Assembly: GCA_944390265.1 (NCBI GenBank)
Contig: CALXPK010000024.1
Location: 11,183 to 75,182 of the forward strand
DNA length: 64,000 nt
DNA from: an uncultured Alphaproteobacteria bacterium
GTDB taxonomy: Bacteria > Pseudomonadota > Alphaproteobacteria > RF32 > CAG-239
Direction of reading: 5' to 3'
Below are positions 49,714 through 59,325 of the stretch, in pieces. A program made the position numbers and the translations under genes. Below the pieces are notes generated by a model. That model was not told the DNA's origin. It searched no databases and was given only the letters and a program-made list of their open reading frames with translations. The first letter of the stretch is position 1. Each line of letters begins with the position of its first letter.

Positions 49714-49790
49714 CAAATCCCTACGTGACTTTTAAAATGAAAAAAGACAGCTTTCGCTGTCTTTTTTGTATGGTAGCGAGAGAGGGATGG
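49714..49790. repeat. Direct repeat of 49909..49985: caaatccctacgtgac + terminator hairpin + an 18-nt copy of the tRNA-Met 3' end (tggtagcgagagagggat)
   Basis: Two near-identical roughly 77-bp units about 195 bp apart; an inverted partial T-arm copy at 49897-49916. Confidence 0.6.
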
Positions 49791-49970
49791 GCTAAAAACT
49801 TTTTATATAAAAAGTTTTCTTAACGCCGACCTTGAAAGATTTTGCCTAAAGGCAAAACCGGCATACTCCCGTCTGCCTTCTTTCAGCGGTTCAAACCCAC
49901 GCCTCGTGGGTTCAAATCCCTACGTGACTTTTAAATATGAAAAAGGCGGTAAGAATACCGCCTTTTTGTA

Positions 49971-50046
49971 TGGTAGCGAGAGAGGGATTCGAACCCACGA
50001 CACAAGGATTATGATTCCTCTGCTCTACCGACTGAGCTATCCCGCC
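49971..50046 (-). tRNA. tRNA-Met (CAU), elongator-like
   Basis: Reverse complement GGCGGGATAGCTCAGTCGGTAGAGCAGAGGAATCATAATCCTTGTGTCGTGGGTTCGAATCCCTCTCTCGCTACCA folds as a cloverleaf with a CAT anticodon. Confidence 0.9.
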
Positions 50047-50207
50047 ATCAAATTCATGTCTTTAATAATCTTTATTCCCTCATTTGTCAATCATTATTTT
50101 GCTTGTTGATTATTTTTTTTATTTTATCCCAAATATAGGAATAAATTCCTTGACAAGGGGTTTTATTTTTGTTAAATGTTCAATATCACTTGGGATAAGT
50201 GTATTTA

Positions 50208-50283
50208 AAAAGAGCTTCTCTGCAGAGAGGCTCTTTTTTTTGTTTTAACAATCTCATTGCACAAAAGCAGTGAGATTTTTTTT
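50208..50283 (+). terminator. Two tandem terminator-like hairpins immediately upstream of the tail-fibre gene
   Basis: gagcttctctgcagagaggctc followed by T8; ctcattgcacaaaagcagtgag followed by T10. Confidence 0.5.
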
Positions 50284-50298
50284 TTGGAGATTTAATCT

Positions 50299-52056
50299 AT
50301 GGTTGAAAATGCCAGACAAACTACGGTTGTACATTTTATTGCCGACGGAGAAGTGAAAGAATTTAACTTTAACTTCCAAATTTTTGAGGCCGGCGATGTG
50401 GATGTCTACCTTGATGAAACGTTGACCGATACCGGTTATAACGTATCGATTGATGAAAATATCGGCGGTAAGGTGATTTTTAGTCAGCCGCCGGTTAACG
50501 GAACGCGAATCACCATTATTCGCAATTTGGATATCAAAAGAACTTCTGATTTTCAGGAAGGCGGAGCTTTTCGGGCTAAAGTGATTAATCATGAATTGGA
50601 CTATCAGGTGGCTACGCTCCAACAGTTGGATGAAAAAATCGGCCGCTCCATGATTTATCCGCCCTATGTGCAAGACGGGGTCAGTATGCAACTTCCGCTT
50701 CCGTCTGCCGGAAAAGCTCTGGTTTGGAATCAGCAGGCAACGGCATTGGAAAATTCTTCGGCTGTTGTGGATGATTTGCAAAATGTTACGCAACAATATC
50801 GCGATGCGGCCAAACAAGCTCAAATTGCGGCGGAAAGCAGCAAAAATGAGGCAGCTCAGGCGGCTTTGGCTTCGTCTGACAGTGCCGGACAAGCCGAAAC
50901 TTTTGCACAATTGGCTCAAGATTGGGCGAATAAGTTGGGCGATACGGTCGATGGAATTGAATATTCTGCCAAAAAATATGCTCAAGAGGCTAAATCTTAT
51001 GCTCGGCAGGCAAATGTTGCCTCCATTCAGGCCAACTGCATTACGGCCATACCTCAAGACATAAACCTTGAGTTAAACAACGGCACACTGACACTTAAAG
51101 CTGGTAGCAAGGTCTATGTGCCAAACGGTGTTGGTGTGTTTGATGAATATGTTGTCGAAAGCGATATTTCAAGAGATGCTTGGAGCTCTATAAACGGTAG
51201 CTATTTGGTTCTTTTACAGCCTACAGACTCTGGTTATGCGTTTGGTTTTAGCAATAATGCGACATCTGGAACAACTCCTCCTCAAAGCGGTGTTTTTTTT
51301 AACACGGAGACAAATATTATATCAAACTATTCCGGTGGTTCTATCTCAACTCAAGGTTGGAGTTTGCCCCTCTGTGTCGGTACTTTCAGTAACGGTGTTA
51401 TCACTTCAATCGACCAAGTCTTTAACGGATTTGGTTATATCGGAAGTACGATTTTTGCTTTGCCGGGGGTTGAAGGTTTGATTCCTAACGGCAGAAATGC
51501 TGATGGGAGCCTGAATAATACCAAGTTTGTGACAACAAGCATTCTCAGTAAAACATATCCTATAAATGTAAAAACAGGTACAGTATTTTTAACATCAATT
51601 AGTATTGGTGCTGTCCCTGAATGGTATTATGATTCAGACAAGAATATAATTACAGATGGCTCAGATGTTTATGAATATGTTGAGGCGGGATATTGCATTG
51701 TCGACTCAACCGGCAGAGTGACTTCGTTTAAGCCTAAGCAGGTGTTTCGTGCCGTTGATGTTAATGATTTGGATGATGTTAAATATGCTGTCGAAAGCGG
51801 AAATAATTATATTTACTTCCCGGATAAAACCCTCATCCAGTGGGGACAGGCGGGTGCAGGTTCAAGTGTTAACGTTACTTTGCCAAAACCGTTTGTAAAT
51901 ACAAGTTATTCCGTAACGGCTTTGTCAACAAATGATGGCGGAACTTCGAATCCTTATAGAATTTCTGTATATAACCGAACAGCAACAAACTTTAATCTTG
52001 TTTGCACGGCTGCAACTATCGGTAAAGATTGGATTGCCATTGGGAAAGGAGCATAA
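50299..52056 (+). CDS. Phage tail-fibre protein (585 aa)
   Basis: Conserved phage tail-fibre-like N-terminus TTVVHFIADGEVKEFNFNFQIF; coiled QAQIAAESSKNEAAQAALASS segment; Gly/Ser-rich beta-rich C-terminus. Confidence 0.75.
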   Translation: MVENARQTTVVHFIADGEVKEFNFNFQIFEAGDVDVYLDETLTDTGYNVSIDENIGGKVIFSQPPVNGTRITIIRNLDIKRTSDFQEGGAFRAKVINHELDYQVATLQQLDEKIGRSMIYPPYVQDGVSMQLPLPSAGKALVWNQQATALENSSAVVDDLQNVTQQYRDAAKQAQIAAESSKNEAAQAALASSDSAGQAETFAQLAQDWANKLGDTVDGIEYSAKKYAQEAKSYARQANVASIQANCITAIPQDINLELNNGTLTLKAGSKVYVPNGVGVFDEYVVESDISRDAWSSINGSYLVLLQPTDSGYAFGFSNNATSGTTPPQSGVFFNTETNIISNYSGGSISTQGWSLPLCVGTFSNGVITSIDQVFNGFGYIGSTIFALPGVEGLIPNGRNADGSLNNTKFVTTSILSKTYPINVKTGTVFLTSISIGAVPEWYYDSDKNIITDGSDVYEYVEAGYCIVDSTGRVTSFKPKQVFRAVDVNDLDDVKYAVESGNNYIYFPDKTLIQWGQAGAGSSVNVTLPKPFVNTSYSVTALSTNDGGTSNPYRISVYNRTATNFNLVCTAATIGKDWIAIGKGA

Positions 52057-52057
52057 A

Positions 52058-52546
52058 ATGCAAATAAACGATATTTTTGATTTGAGCCAATATGATGAGG
52101 CTTATAAATTTGTTCAAGAAAACTCAGGTGCAACGATTGTAGATTTGGGTGAGGGAAAATATCAAATTGTTGAATTGCCCAAGCCAAATCTTGATGAACT
52201 CAAACTTGCCAAGCGGACAGAGATTAATGCTGCACGCGATGCTGCCGAACAAGGCGGCTTTTTTTATATGGGGAAAACCTTTGACAGCGATATTGTTTCT
52301 TGTATCCGCATTCAAGGAGCGGCACAGTCCATGCAGGCGGCAACCATGGCCGAAGATGTGCCGACCATCACATGGACGTGTCAAGACAACACTACAATTG
52401 AACTCACGGCACAAGAATTATTGGGCTTGAGCGTGGCTCTTGCCGAATGGTCTAACACTTGCCACCAAAAAGCGACCGCACTTAAAGCTCAGATAGAATC
52501 AGTAACCTCAGAAGAAGAATTGGAGAAAATAAAATGGAACGCATAA
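52058..52546 (+). CDS. Phage tail-fibre assembly protein (Tfa, DUF4376-like)
   Basis: RBS gggaaagga; starts 1 nt after the tail-fibre stop; FDLSQYDEAYKF...KRTEINAARDAAEQGGFFYMGKTFDSD pattern. Confidence 0.7.
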   Translation: MQINDIFDLSQYDEAYKFVQENSGATIVDLGEGKYQIVELPKPNLDELKLAKRTEINAARDAAEQGGFFYMGKTFDSDIVSCIRIQGAAQSMQAATMAEDVPTITWTCQDNTTIELTAQELLGLSVALAEWSNTCHQKATALKAQIESVTSEEELEKIKWNA

Positions 52547-52896
52547 AAAGAAAATATACACGTCATAAGGTTTATGACTTTGCCGTAGAGGGTATTAATT
52601 ATATCACCTTAAGAGAGCAAACTTTTGAAAACATCACCGTGCCGAAAGATTTTGTTTTTGACGGGGTGACGGTGCCGGCGCCTTTTACGCTGCTTTTTTC
52701 TAACAAAGATTTGCGCCAGGGAATTAAGGCCGCTTGTTTTCATGACTATATGTGCCAAAACAAAAATCTTTATACCCGCAAGCAGGCAACCGATATTTTG
52801 ATGAAAATTTGGCAAGAAAACGGCCTTAACAAATTCAAAGCCGTGATTGCCAAGACAAGCGTGAATATCTATCAGATGCTCAAAGGCTGGAAATAA
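52534..52896 (+). CDS. DUF1353-family (phage-associated) protein
   Basis: VPKDFVFDGVTVPAPF and CFHDYMC motifs. Confidence 0.65.
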   Translation: MERIKRKYTRHKVYDFAVEGINYITLREQTFENITVPKDFVFDGVTVPAPFTLLFSNKDLRQGIKAACFHDYMCQNKNLYTRKQATDILMKIWQENGLNKFKAVIAKTSVNIYQMLKGWK

Positions 52897-52990
52897 TTAC
52901 TATGCAAATGTAACGAATTGGGTTTGACATCATTTTACCTTAATATTACTAATAAATTATTGTGTTTACCAAAAAAGAAAGATACAACCG

Positions 52991-54454
52991 ATGAGAAACT
53001 TATATAACAAAAATTTGCTCATATTCCTTTCAATACACTTCCTGGTATGGTTTATTGTGCCGTTGATGCGCCAAAGTTTGCCTTTGGACTCGGTTGAGGC
53101 TATTACTTGGGGCAGATATTGTGACTTTGGTACCAATAAACATCCGCCTTTGTCCGGTTTTCCGGCTGAGTGGTTTTATCAGCTTTTCGGACAGGCCGGT
53201 ATTTATCTGCTCAATCAAGTTCTGGTTCTCATCGGTTTTATCTTTATTTATAAACTTACCAAATGCTTTTTGAGTGAAGGCAAAGCCGTTTTATCGGTTA
53301 TGCTTTTGGAAGGCGTGATTTATTACGGTTTCAGCGCACAAGAATATAACGTCAATGTGGTGTCTTTGGCTTTGTGGCCGCTCACCGCTTATTATTTTTA
53401 CATCGCTTTGAGCAAAAACACCATGAGCGCTTGGGTCTTGACCGGTTTGTTTGCCGGTTTGAATATGCTCAACAAATATGTCGGCGGCATTGAGCTCTTG
53501 TGTATGGTTCTTTATTTGTTCTTTACCAAAGAGGGGAGAGCTCAGTTCAAAAAAGTCGGCCCTTATATCACCTTTATTTTGTTCCTTGTTGTTATAGCAC
53601 CGCACGTTTGGTGGCTCTATCAGCATGATTTTTATTCTTTTGAATATCTGATGGGGCGTGCCGGAAACGGAGCACAAACGCTGGGTGCTAAAATTTGGGC
53701 GCATTTCTTCTATCCCATTAAGTTTTTAGGCTCGCAGATTTTGTTTACCCTCATGGCAGTTTTGCTTTTTTATTTAAGCTATCGCCGTGATGCCAAAGAA
53801 GCTGATTATTTGACCAAAGATAAAAAACAATTTCTTTTCTATATGGGAATTTTGCCGGTATTTTTATTTGCGGCCGTGGCTCTTATCAGCGGAAGCAAAC
53901 TCAAGAGCATGTGGGGTTTTCCGACCATGTATATGCTCGGTATCGTTCTTTTTGCTTATTTTCCGTATAAACTTTCCGATATCAATTTCCGTAAGACTGT
54001 CAAGTCGGTTTATGTGGCCATGGTATTATTTGCCGTTGCGGCTTTGTCGATTATTGTCTTTGATAAGAGTGAAAAAATCAATTTTCCTTATCAGAAGTTT
54101 GCTCAAGATATGTCTTATGCTTGGAAACTCCATACCGACAAACCTTTCAAATATGCCGGCGGCGAGATTTGGTATGTGGCCAACTTGTCCATTTTTGCCG
54201 ATGCACAACCCAAACCGGTGGCCGGTATGAAACCCGAACACAGCCCGTGGTTTGATAAAGAAGATATTTTATCAAGCGGGGCGCTGGTGGTCTTTCCAGA
54301 CAAAGGCGCTTATATGGCTCTCAAAAATATTTATCCGAATATGAGCGAGCCGAGTGAATATAGGCTTGAATTTAAAAATCGAATTGGTAAGCTAAAGAGC
54401 AAGGTGATTTATTATGGCTTTTTTGAGCCGGTATCAGAGGTGAACCATGACTAA
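52991..54454 (+). CDS. ArnT/PMT-like (GT39/GT83) polytopic membrane glycosyltransferase
   Basis: About 11 TM helices; first-loop LPLDSVEAITWGRY resembling the DE-type motif of ArnT/PMT enzymes. Confidence 0.8.
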   Translation: MRNLYNKNLLIFLSIHFLVWFIVPLMRQSLPLDSVEAITWGRYCDFGTNKHPPLSGFPAEWFYQLFGQAGIYLLNQVLVLIGFIFIYKLTKCFLSEGKAVLSVMLLEGVIYYGFSAQEYNVNVVSLALWPLTAYYFYIALSKNTMSAWVLTGLFAGLNMLNKYVGGIELLCMVLYLFFTKEGRAQFKKVGPYITFILFLVVIAPHVWWLYQHDFYSFEYLMGRAGNGAQTLGAKIWAHFFYPIKFLGSQILFTLMAVLLFYLSYRRDAKEADYLTKDKKQFLFYMGILPVFLFAAVALISGSKLKSMWGFPTMYMLGIVLFAYFPYKLSDINFRKTVKSVYVAMVLFAVAALSIIVFDKSEKINFPYQKFAQDMSYAWKLHTDKPFKYAGGEIWYVANLSIFADAQPKPVAGMKPEHSPWFDKEDILSSGALVVFPDKGAYMALKNIYPNMSEPSEYRLEFKNRIGKLKSKVIYYGFFEPVSEVNHD

Positions 54455-55430
54455 AGATTCTATCAGTATTGTTGTTTCTGCCTATAATGAAGAAGGCAAT
54501 GTTGAGGCTTTGTACAAAGAGCTGAAAAAGGTTTTGAAAGAAACGAACGTCAAAGATTATGAGATTATCTATGTCGATGACGGTAGTACGGACAAAACCC
54601 ATGCCAAATGTCAGGCTTTGCAAAAGAAAGATGAACACGTCAAAATCGTGCATCTCAAACGCAATTTCGGGCATGAGATTGCCATGACCGCCGGTATGGA
54701 CTATGCCAAAGGAGAGGCCGTTATCTTTATGGATTCTGATTTGCAACATCCGCCGGTTTATATCAAACAAATGGTGGAAGAATGGCAGAACGGATATGAT
54801 ATTGTCTTAACTCGCCGTGTGGATAATGTGGATACTTCGGCTTTTTACAAATTCTGTGCCAAAAGTTTTTATAAGATTTTGAATCTGTTATCTGATACAA
54901 AAATCCCTGAAAAAACACCGGATTTTCGCCTGATTGACCGCAAATATATTGACTTTTTGAAAAACTTTAATGAACAAGACAGATTGTTTCGCGGGTTGCT
55001 GAGCTGGATTATGCCCAACGACAAGGTCAAGGTTTTGGACTTTGTGGCACCGCAGCGTCATGCCGGCGAATCGAAGTATAATTTCCGCAAGAGCTTGCAA
55101 CTGGCCGTTAACTCAATTATTCAATTTTCAGTCAAGCCGTTGCGTTTTTCAACTTATTTAGGCATTATCACGGCTTTTGTTGCCGGATTGCTTGGTTTGT
55201 GGGTTATCGGTGAGCATTTTATCATGCACAAACCAACCCCCGGTTATGCTACCATTATGGTAACAATGATTTTCCTTGGCTCGGTGCAACTGATTGTTTT
55301 GGGAATTATCGGTGAATATATCGGCAAAATCCATATGGAAGTGAAAAAACGTCCGCTCTATATGGCAGATTATGAAACACAAGAAGAAGTGAAACAGGTG
55401 GTGCGTCATGGCTCTAAAAAAGATATTTAA
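54447..55430 (+). CDS. GT2 polyprenyl-phosphate glycosyltransferase (ArnC/GtrB/LgmA-like)
   Basis: ISIVVSAYNEEGN; DDGSTD; FMDSDLQHPP; two C-terminal TM helices. Confidence 0.9.
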   Translation: MTKDSISIVVSAYNEEGNVEALYKELKKVLKETNVKDYEIIYVDDGSTDKTHAKCQALQKKDEHVKIVHLKRNFGHEIAMTAGMDYAKGEAVIFMDSDLQHPPVYIKQMVEEWQNGYDIVLTRRVDNVDTSAFYKFCAKSFYKILNLLSDTKIPEKTPDFRLIDRKYIDFLKNFNEQDRLFRGLLSWIMPNDKVKVLDFVAPQRHAGESKYNFRKSLQLAVNSIIQFSVKPLRFSTYLGIITAFVAGLLGLWVIGEHFIMHKPTPGYATIMVTMIFLGSVQLIVLGIIGEYIGKIHMEVKKRPLYMADYETQEEVKQVVRHGSKKDI

Positions 55431-56235
55431 TGCCGATGATTTCGGTATGACCCCGGGGGTGAATCAAGCTATAGCCAAGGCTTATCATGAGGGAATCTTG
55501 AACTCGACAAGCATCATGATTAACTTGAACTTTGTCAAAGAGGCGCTTGAGTTAAAGAAAGATATGCCGAACTTGGATGTGGGCTTGCACCTCAATCTGA
55601 CCAACCAATATGCACTTTCGGTTCCGGAAAATATTCCCTTGCTGGTTGACGGTAACGGTGAGTTTAAAAACGGGTTTGTCAGCTTGTTTTTGCTTTCCTT
55701 ACGCCACCCCAAAGAGCTGGCGCGGCAGGTGGAGTTGGAAGCCAGAGCCCAAATTGAAAAAGCCTTGAGTCTCGGAATTAAACTTTCGCATATTGACAGC
55801 CATCGTCATATCCACCATATTCCGGTGATTTTCAAAGTGGTGAAAAAGCTGGCGGAAGAATATAAAATCCCGAGAATCCGCGTGATGAACGAAAACATTT
55901 TTAACACGCTTAAATATAATGATGACAAGTGCTTTCTCCATGACGGCGGTTTGGTTAAATATTTGGTTTTGCGCTCGATGGTGATTTGGAATAATTATCC
56001 GACCGATACTTATTTTTACAGCATATTATATACATGCAAACTTTCAAAAAAACGCTTTAACGGTTTGAAAATGCCTGAAAAATATAAGGCGGTGGAAGTG
56101 GGTATCCATCCGGCAATGCCTGAGGTGGATAAAGAGCACATGGAAAATGTGTTTGATGAAAACGTGCTTTCTCCATGGCGTACCAAAGAGCTGGAAACCT
56201 TGCTTGACAAGAAAATAGCTGATGAAATTCAATGA
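55408..56235 (+). CDS. YdjC/ChbG/HpnK-family carbohydrate deacetylase
   Basis: NADDFGMTPGVNQAI family signature; HIDSHRHIHH. Confidence 0.8.
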   Translation: MALKKIFNADDFGMTPGVNQAIAKAYHEGILNSTSIMINLNFVKEALELKKDMPNLDVGLHLNLTNQYALSVPENIPLLVDGNGEFKNGFVSLFLLSLRHPKELARQVELEARAQIEKALSLGIKLSHIDSHRHIHHIPVIFKVVKKLAEEYKIPRIRVMNENIFNTLKYNDDKCFLHDGGLVKYLVLRSMVIWNNYPTDTYFYSILYTCKLSKKRFNGLKMPEKYKAVEVGIHPAMPEVDKEHMENVFDENVLSPWRTKELETLLDKKIADEIQ

Positions 56236-56651
56236 TAGTTGAGCTTTATAAAAAAATTGAGCGTATTTGGTTTACAATCAACCAAAAAATCCGCTTTCTT
56301 TTGGTGGGCGGATTTAATACCGTATTTGCCTACGGTGTGTTTGCGGCTTTGTTTGAACTTGTGAAAATTCCGTATAATCCGGCACTGATTTTGCAATATT
56401 TCATCACCGTCAACGTGTCTTTCATCACAATGCGGTATTATGTTTTTCAGAGCCACGGCAATATCAAAGCCGAATATTTTAAGGCTTGGACGGTTTATAT
56501 CGGGATGTATTTTTTCAATGCCTTTGCGCTTAATTTATTTGTGCGTGTGCTTGGCCTTTATCCTTTGGTCGGGCAGGCTGCATATTTGGTTATTTCTACC
56601 ATTTTGACCTATCTCTTGCATAAATATTTTTCTTTCCGCGAGAAAAAATAA
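56232..56651 (+). CDS. GtrA-family polyprenyl-phosphate-sugar flippase-like protein
   Basis: 139 aa, 4 TM; FLLVGGFNTVFAYGVF. Confidence 0.8.
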   Translation: MIVELYKKIERIWFTINQKIRFLLVGGFNTVFAYGVFAALFELVKIPYNPALILQYFITVNVSFITMRYYVFQSHGNIKAEYFKAWTVYIGMYFFNAFALNLFVRVLGLYPLVGQAAYLVISTILTYLLHKYFSFREKK

Positions 56652-56727
56652 TTTTTATTATATTTTAACTTGTATCTGCTAAAAAACATATCATATTAAT
56701 TTATATTATTTTTTTTCAGGAGAAAAA

Positions 56728-58620
56728 GTGATGCAAAAGCTGCTTTGTTTGTCTTGTTTGCTGATGTCCGGCACGGCTTTGGCTTTGGATGTGCCGTCCG
56801 GAACATCTAAAACGGGTCTGTCCGTTTCCAGCAACAATCCGTTGACGGTGGAAGGAACTGTGAGCAACACAACAGTTGGAACTTATGGCAAGATGACGGT
56901 GCAAAACGGTGGAACTGCCGATACCACAACGGTTGGCAGACGCGGCACATTGACGGTGACAGGAAGCGGAAGCTCTGCCGATAATACCATTCTTAACGGT
57001 GCGCAAATGAATGTGACTAATGCAGCTTCAGCAAACGGTATTGCCGTGAATTCTTCTTCCAAAGTTTATGTCGGGGATACCGCAACTATCAGTAATGCAA
57101 AAATAAACGGCGGCAACGTGGAAATTTTGAGCGGCGGCGAAGCAACCAACAGCGAAATTAATGACGGCTATATGTTTGTGGAAGATAAGGCTCTGATTAA
57201 TAACACAACCGTAAACGGTGGTTTGTTAGATGTTTTTGCCGGTGGTGCTGTCAGCGGTTTGACCTTGAACGGTGGAGAAACCGTTTTTGAAGGAGATATT
57301 GATGTTACCGGTATAACAGAGGTTAATGCCGGCAGTGCTTTATATTTGAACGGCGATACCAGTTTCGTTGAGCTGGATTTGAACGGCGGCGATATTTATT
57401 CGGTTTATAATGACGGATTTAAAAATATTGAGGTGACCAATTTAGACGGTAACGGAACTATTTATATGAACACAGATGTGGCTCAAAAAGGGCATGATAC
57501 CTTAAATGTGGAAAACGGCGGCAGCGGCAAAATCGGCTTGGCATTGACCGACTATAGTGCCACCCCCGTGTTTGCCCAAAATATGATTCTGATTGAAGGT
57601 TTGCCGGCAGAGAACTTTTATTTGGTTGGCGGTGCAGCTGATGTGGGCGCTTTTCACTATGATTTGCAAAAAGGAGCCGACGGTTGGTATTTGACCAAAA
57701 CCATGCAGCTCAGTGATACGGCGGTTCTGGCCAAAAATACATATTCAGCCATTCATTCGGTGATGTATGCGCATTTGGAAAATTTGAATAACCGATTGGG
57801 TGAAATTCATACCAACAAAAACGGCGGACTTTGGGTTAGGGGAATCCATCGTGAGCTGGATTTGGATTTTGATGATGCAAGTCAATCCGATGTGGATATG
57901 AACGGCGTGCAAGTTGGTTTTGACCATGCTTTGAAACAAAATATTTTCAACCGCTGGCTCATCGGTGTTTACGGCGGTTATTCCGACACCGACCAGAGCT
58001 TTGATCGCTCCGGTGACGGCTCGGCCGATACCTACAGCTTTGGTGCTTATACGACGATGATTGCACAAAACGGGCTTTATGCCGATGTGGCGATGGCTTA
58101 TTATCATCACAAACAAAAAATCACCAGCTATTTGCCGTTTGGGGCACAAGTTGACAGTGACTATGATGTGGACGGCTACACGCTTTCTTTGGAAGGCGGA
58201 AAACGCTTTGAACTTGACAACGGCTATTATGTCGAACCGCAAGCGCAAATCAGCTATCTTGATTTTGATAACGTTTCTTATCGCACTTCTTATAATACGC
58301 TGATTGATGCGGCCAATCAGGGAACATGGTTGGCAAGAGCCGGCATTATTTTGGGCAAAAGAATCGATGATTTTTACGATATGCCGTTGGATGTTTTTGT
58401 TCGCACCGATTTTTATTCGGAAATTGACAACGGGCATAAGGTGACCGTGGCCGGATATAAAATCGAAGAAGACCGGTCGGAAAATTTTGTGCGCTTGGGT
58501 ACCGGTTTTAACCTCAATACCAATGAAGGACAAGAGCTTTATTTTTCGCTTGGCACCATCATGGGCGGAAATGTTGAAATGCCTCTGGATTTGAGTTTGA
58601 ATGCGCGGTTTGAATTTTAA
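56728..58620 (+). CDS. Classical autotransporter (repetitive beta-helical passenger + C-terminal beta-barrel)
   Basis: Signal peptide MMQKLLCLSCLLMSGTALA; repeated TVxNGGxxxxTTV units; C-terminal barrel ending LSLNARFEF. Confidence 0.85.
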   Translation: MMQKLLCLSCLLMSGTALALDVPSGTSKTGLSVSSNNPLTVEGTVSNTTVGTYGKMTVQNGGTADTTTVGRRGTLTVTGSGSSADNTILNGAQMNVTNAASANGIAVNSSSKVYVGDTATISNAKINGGNVEILSGGEATNSEINDGYMFVEDKALINNTTVNGGLLDVFAGGAVSGLTLNGGETVFEGDIDVTGITEVNAGSALYLNGDTSFVELDLNGGDIYSVYNDGFKNIEVTNLDGNGTIYMNTDVAQKGHDTLNVENGGSGKIGLALTDYSATPVFAQNMILIEGLPAENFYLVGGAADVGAFHYDLQKGADGWYLTKTMQLSDTAVLAKNTYSAIHSVMYAHLENLNNRLGEIHTNKNGGLWVRGIHRELDLDFDDASQSDVDMNGVQVGFDHALKQNIFNRWLIGVYGGYSDTDQSFDRSGDGSADTYSFGAYTTMIAQNGLYADVAMAYYHHKQKITSYLPFGAQVDSDYDVDGYTLSLEGGKRFELDNGYYVEPQAQISYLDFDNVSYRTSYNTLIDAANQGTWLARAGIILGKRIDDFYDMPLDVFVRTDFYSEIDNGHKVTVAGYKIEEDRSENFVRLGTGFNLNTNEGQELYFSLGTIMGGNVEMPLDLSLNARFEF

Positions 58621-58673
58621 GCTTTTATAAAGCATATTTCTCTAAAATATCCATATTTTCGGGAGTGAAAAAT

Positions 58674-59252
58674 ATGGATATTTTTTTATTGTTGTTCGGT
58701 TGTGTTTTGGTGGTTCTTTGCCTTGCCTTTGAGCTTTATTTTCTTTATGCAATTTTTATTTCCAAAAACTGCAAATATCCGCCGGCTTTTCCTTCTTTCG
58801 GCAAGATGAAAAAAATTGCCTTAGCGGAAGCGGAGGCTTTTTTGACGCAAGCAGACCAACCCCTGACAATTGCTGATTTGGGCAGCGGAACCGGTGGCTT
58901 GCTGCTTCCTTTGGCCAAGAAATTTCCCGAGCATCAGTTTGTGGGCTATGATTGGGATTTTTTTGTTTGCAAAATTTTACAATGGCGGGCGCGCAAACTT
59001 TCTAATCTTTCGGTAGTTCATGGTGATTTTTTGAAAGCCGATTTAAGCAAATATGATTTGCTTTTGTGCTTTTTGGATACCAAAGCAGCCGAAGAATTAT
59101 CTTTGAAAGTGGCGCGAGAAATTAAGCCTGATGCCATGATTATTTCTTCGGCTTTTGAGCTCAAAGATTTGACACCGCAGAAGGTTTTTGATGCCAAGTC
59201 TTATGGTATGCCGTTGAAGGTTTTTGTTTATAAAAACCGTAATAATTTGTAA
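58674..59252 (+). CDS. Membrane-anchored class I SAM-dependent methyltransferase
   Basis: N-terminal TM; IADLGSGTGGLLLPLA motif I; a 16-bp inverted repeat spans its RBS and start. Confidence 0.6.
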   Translation: MDIFLLLFGCVLVVLCLAFELYFLYAIFISKNCKYPPAFPSFGKMKKIALAEAEAFLTQADQPLTIADLGSGTGGLLLPLAKKFPEHQFVGYDWDFFVCKILQWRARKLSNLSVVHGDFLKADLSKYDLLLCFLDTKAAEELSLKVAREIKPDAMIISSAFELKDLTPQKVFDAKSYGMPLKVFVYKNRNNL

Positions 59253-59325
59253 GTTTTTGTGTGTTTACATTAGAAATAAAAAAAATATTATATAAATAAA
59301 CTTAATTAACGAAAGGATTTTTACT

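Larger units (their letters stand above)
50299..52896 (+). mobile_element. Prophage remnant (tail fibre, tail-fibre assembly, DUF1353), adjacent to tRNA-Met and possibly extending through the glycosylation cassette to 56651
   Basis: Phage structural genes with no head, integrase or other tail genes present; tRNA att-like duplications next door. Confidence 0.6.

Noticed and set aside
49896-49930. Additional intact tRNA gene on the plus strand (ggttcaaatccc motifs)
   Set aside because: Only T-arm-like fragments are present, with no acceptor or anticodon arms; they are interpreted as att-like scars
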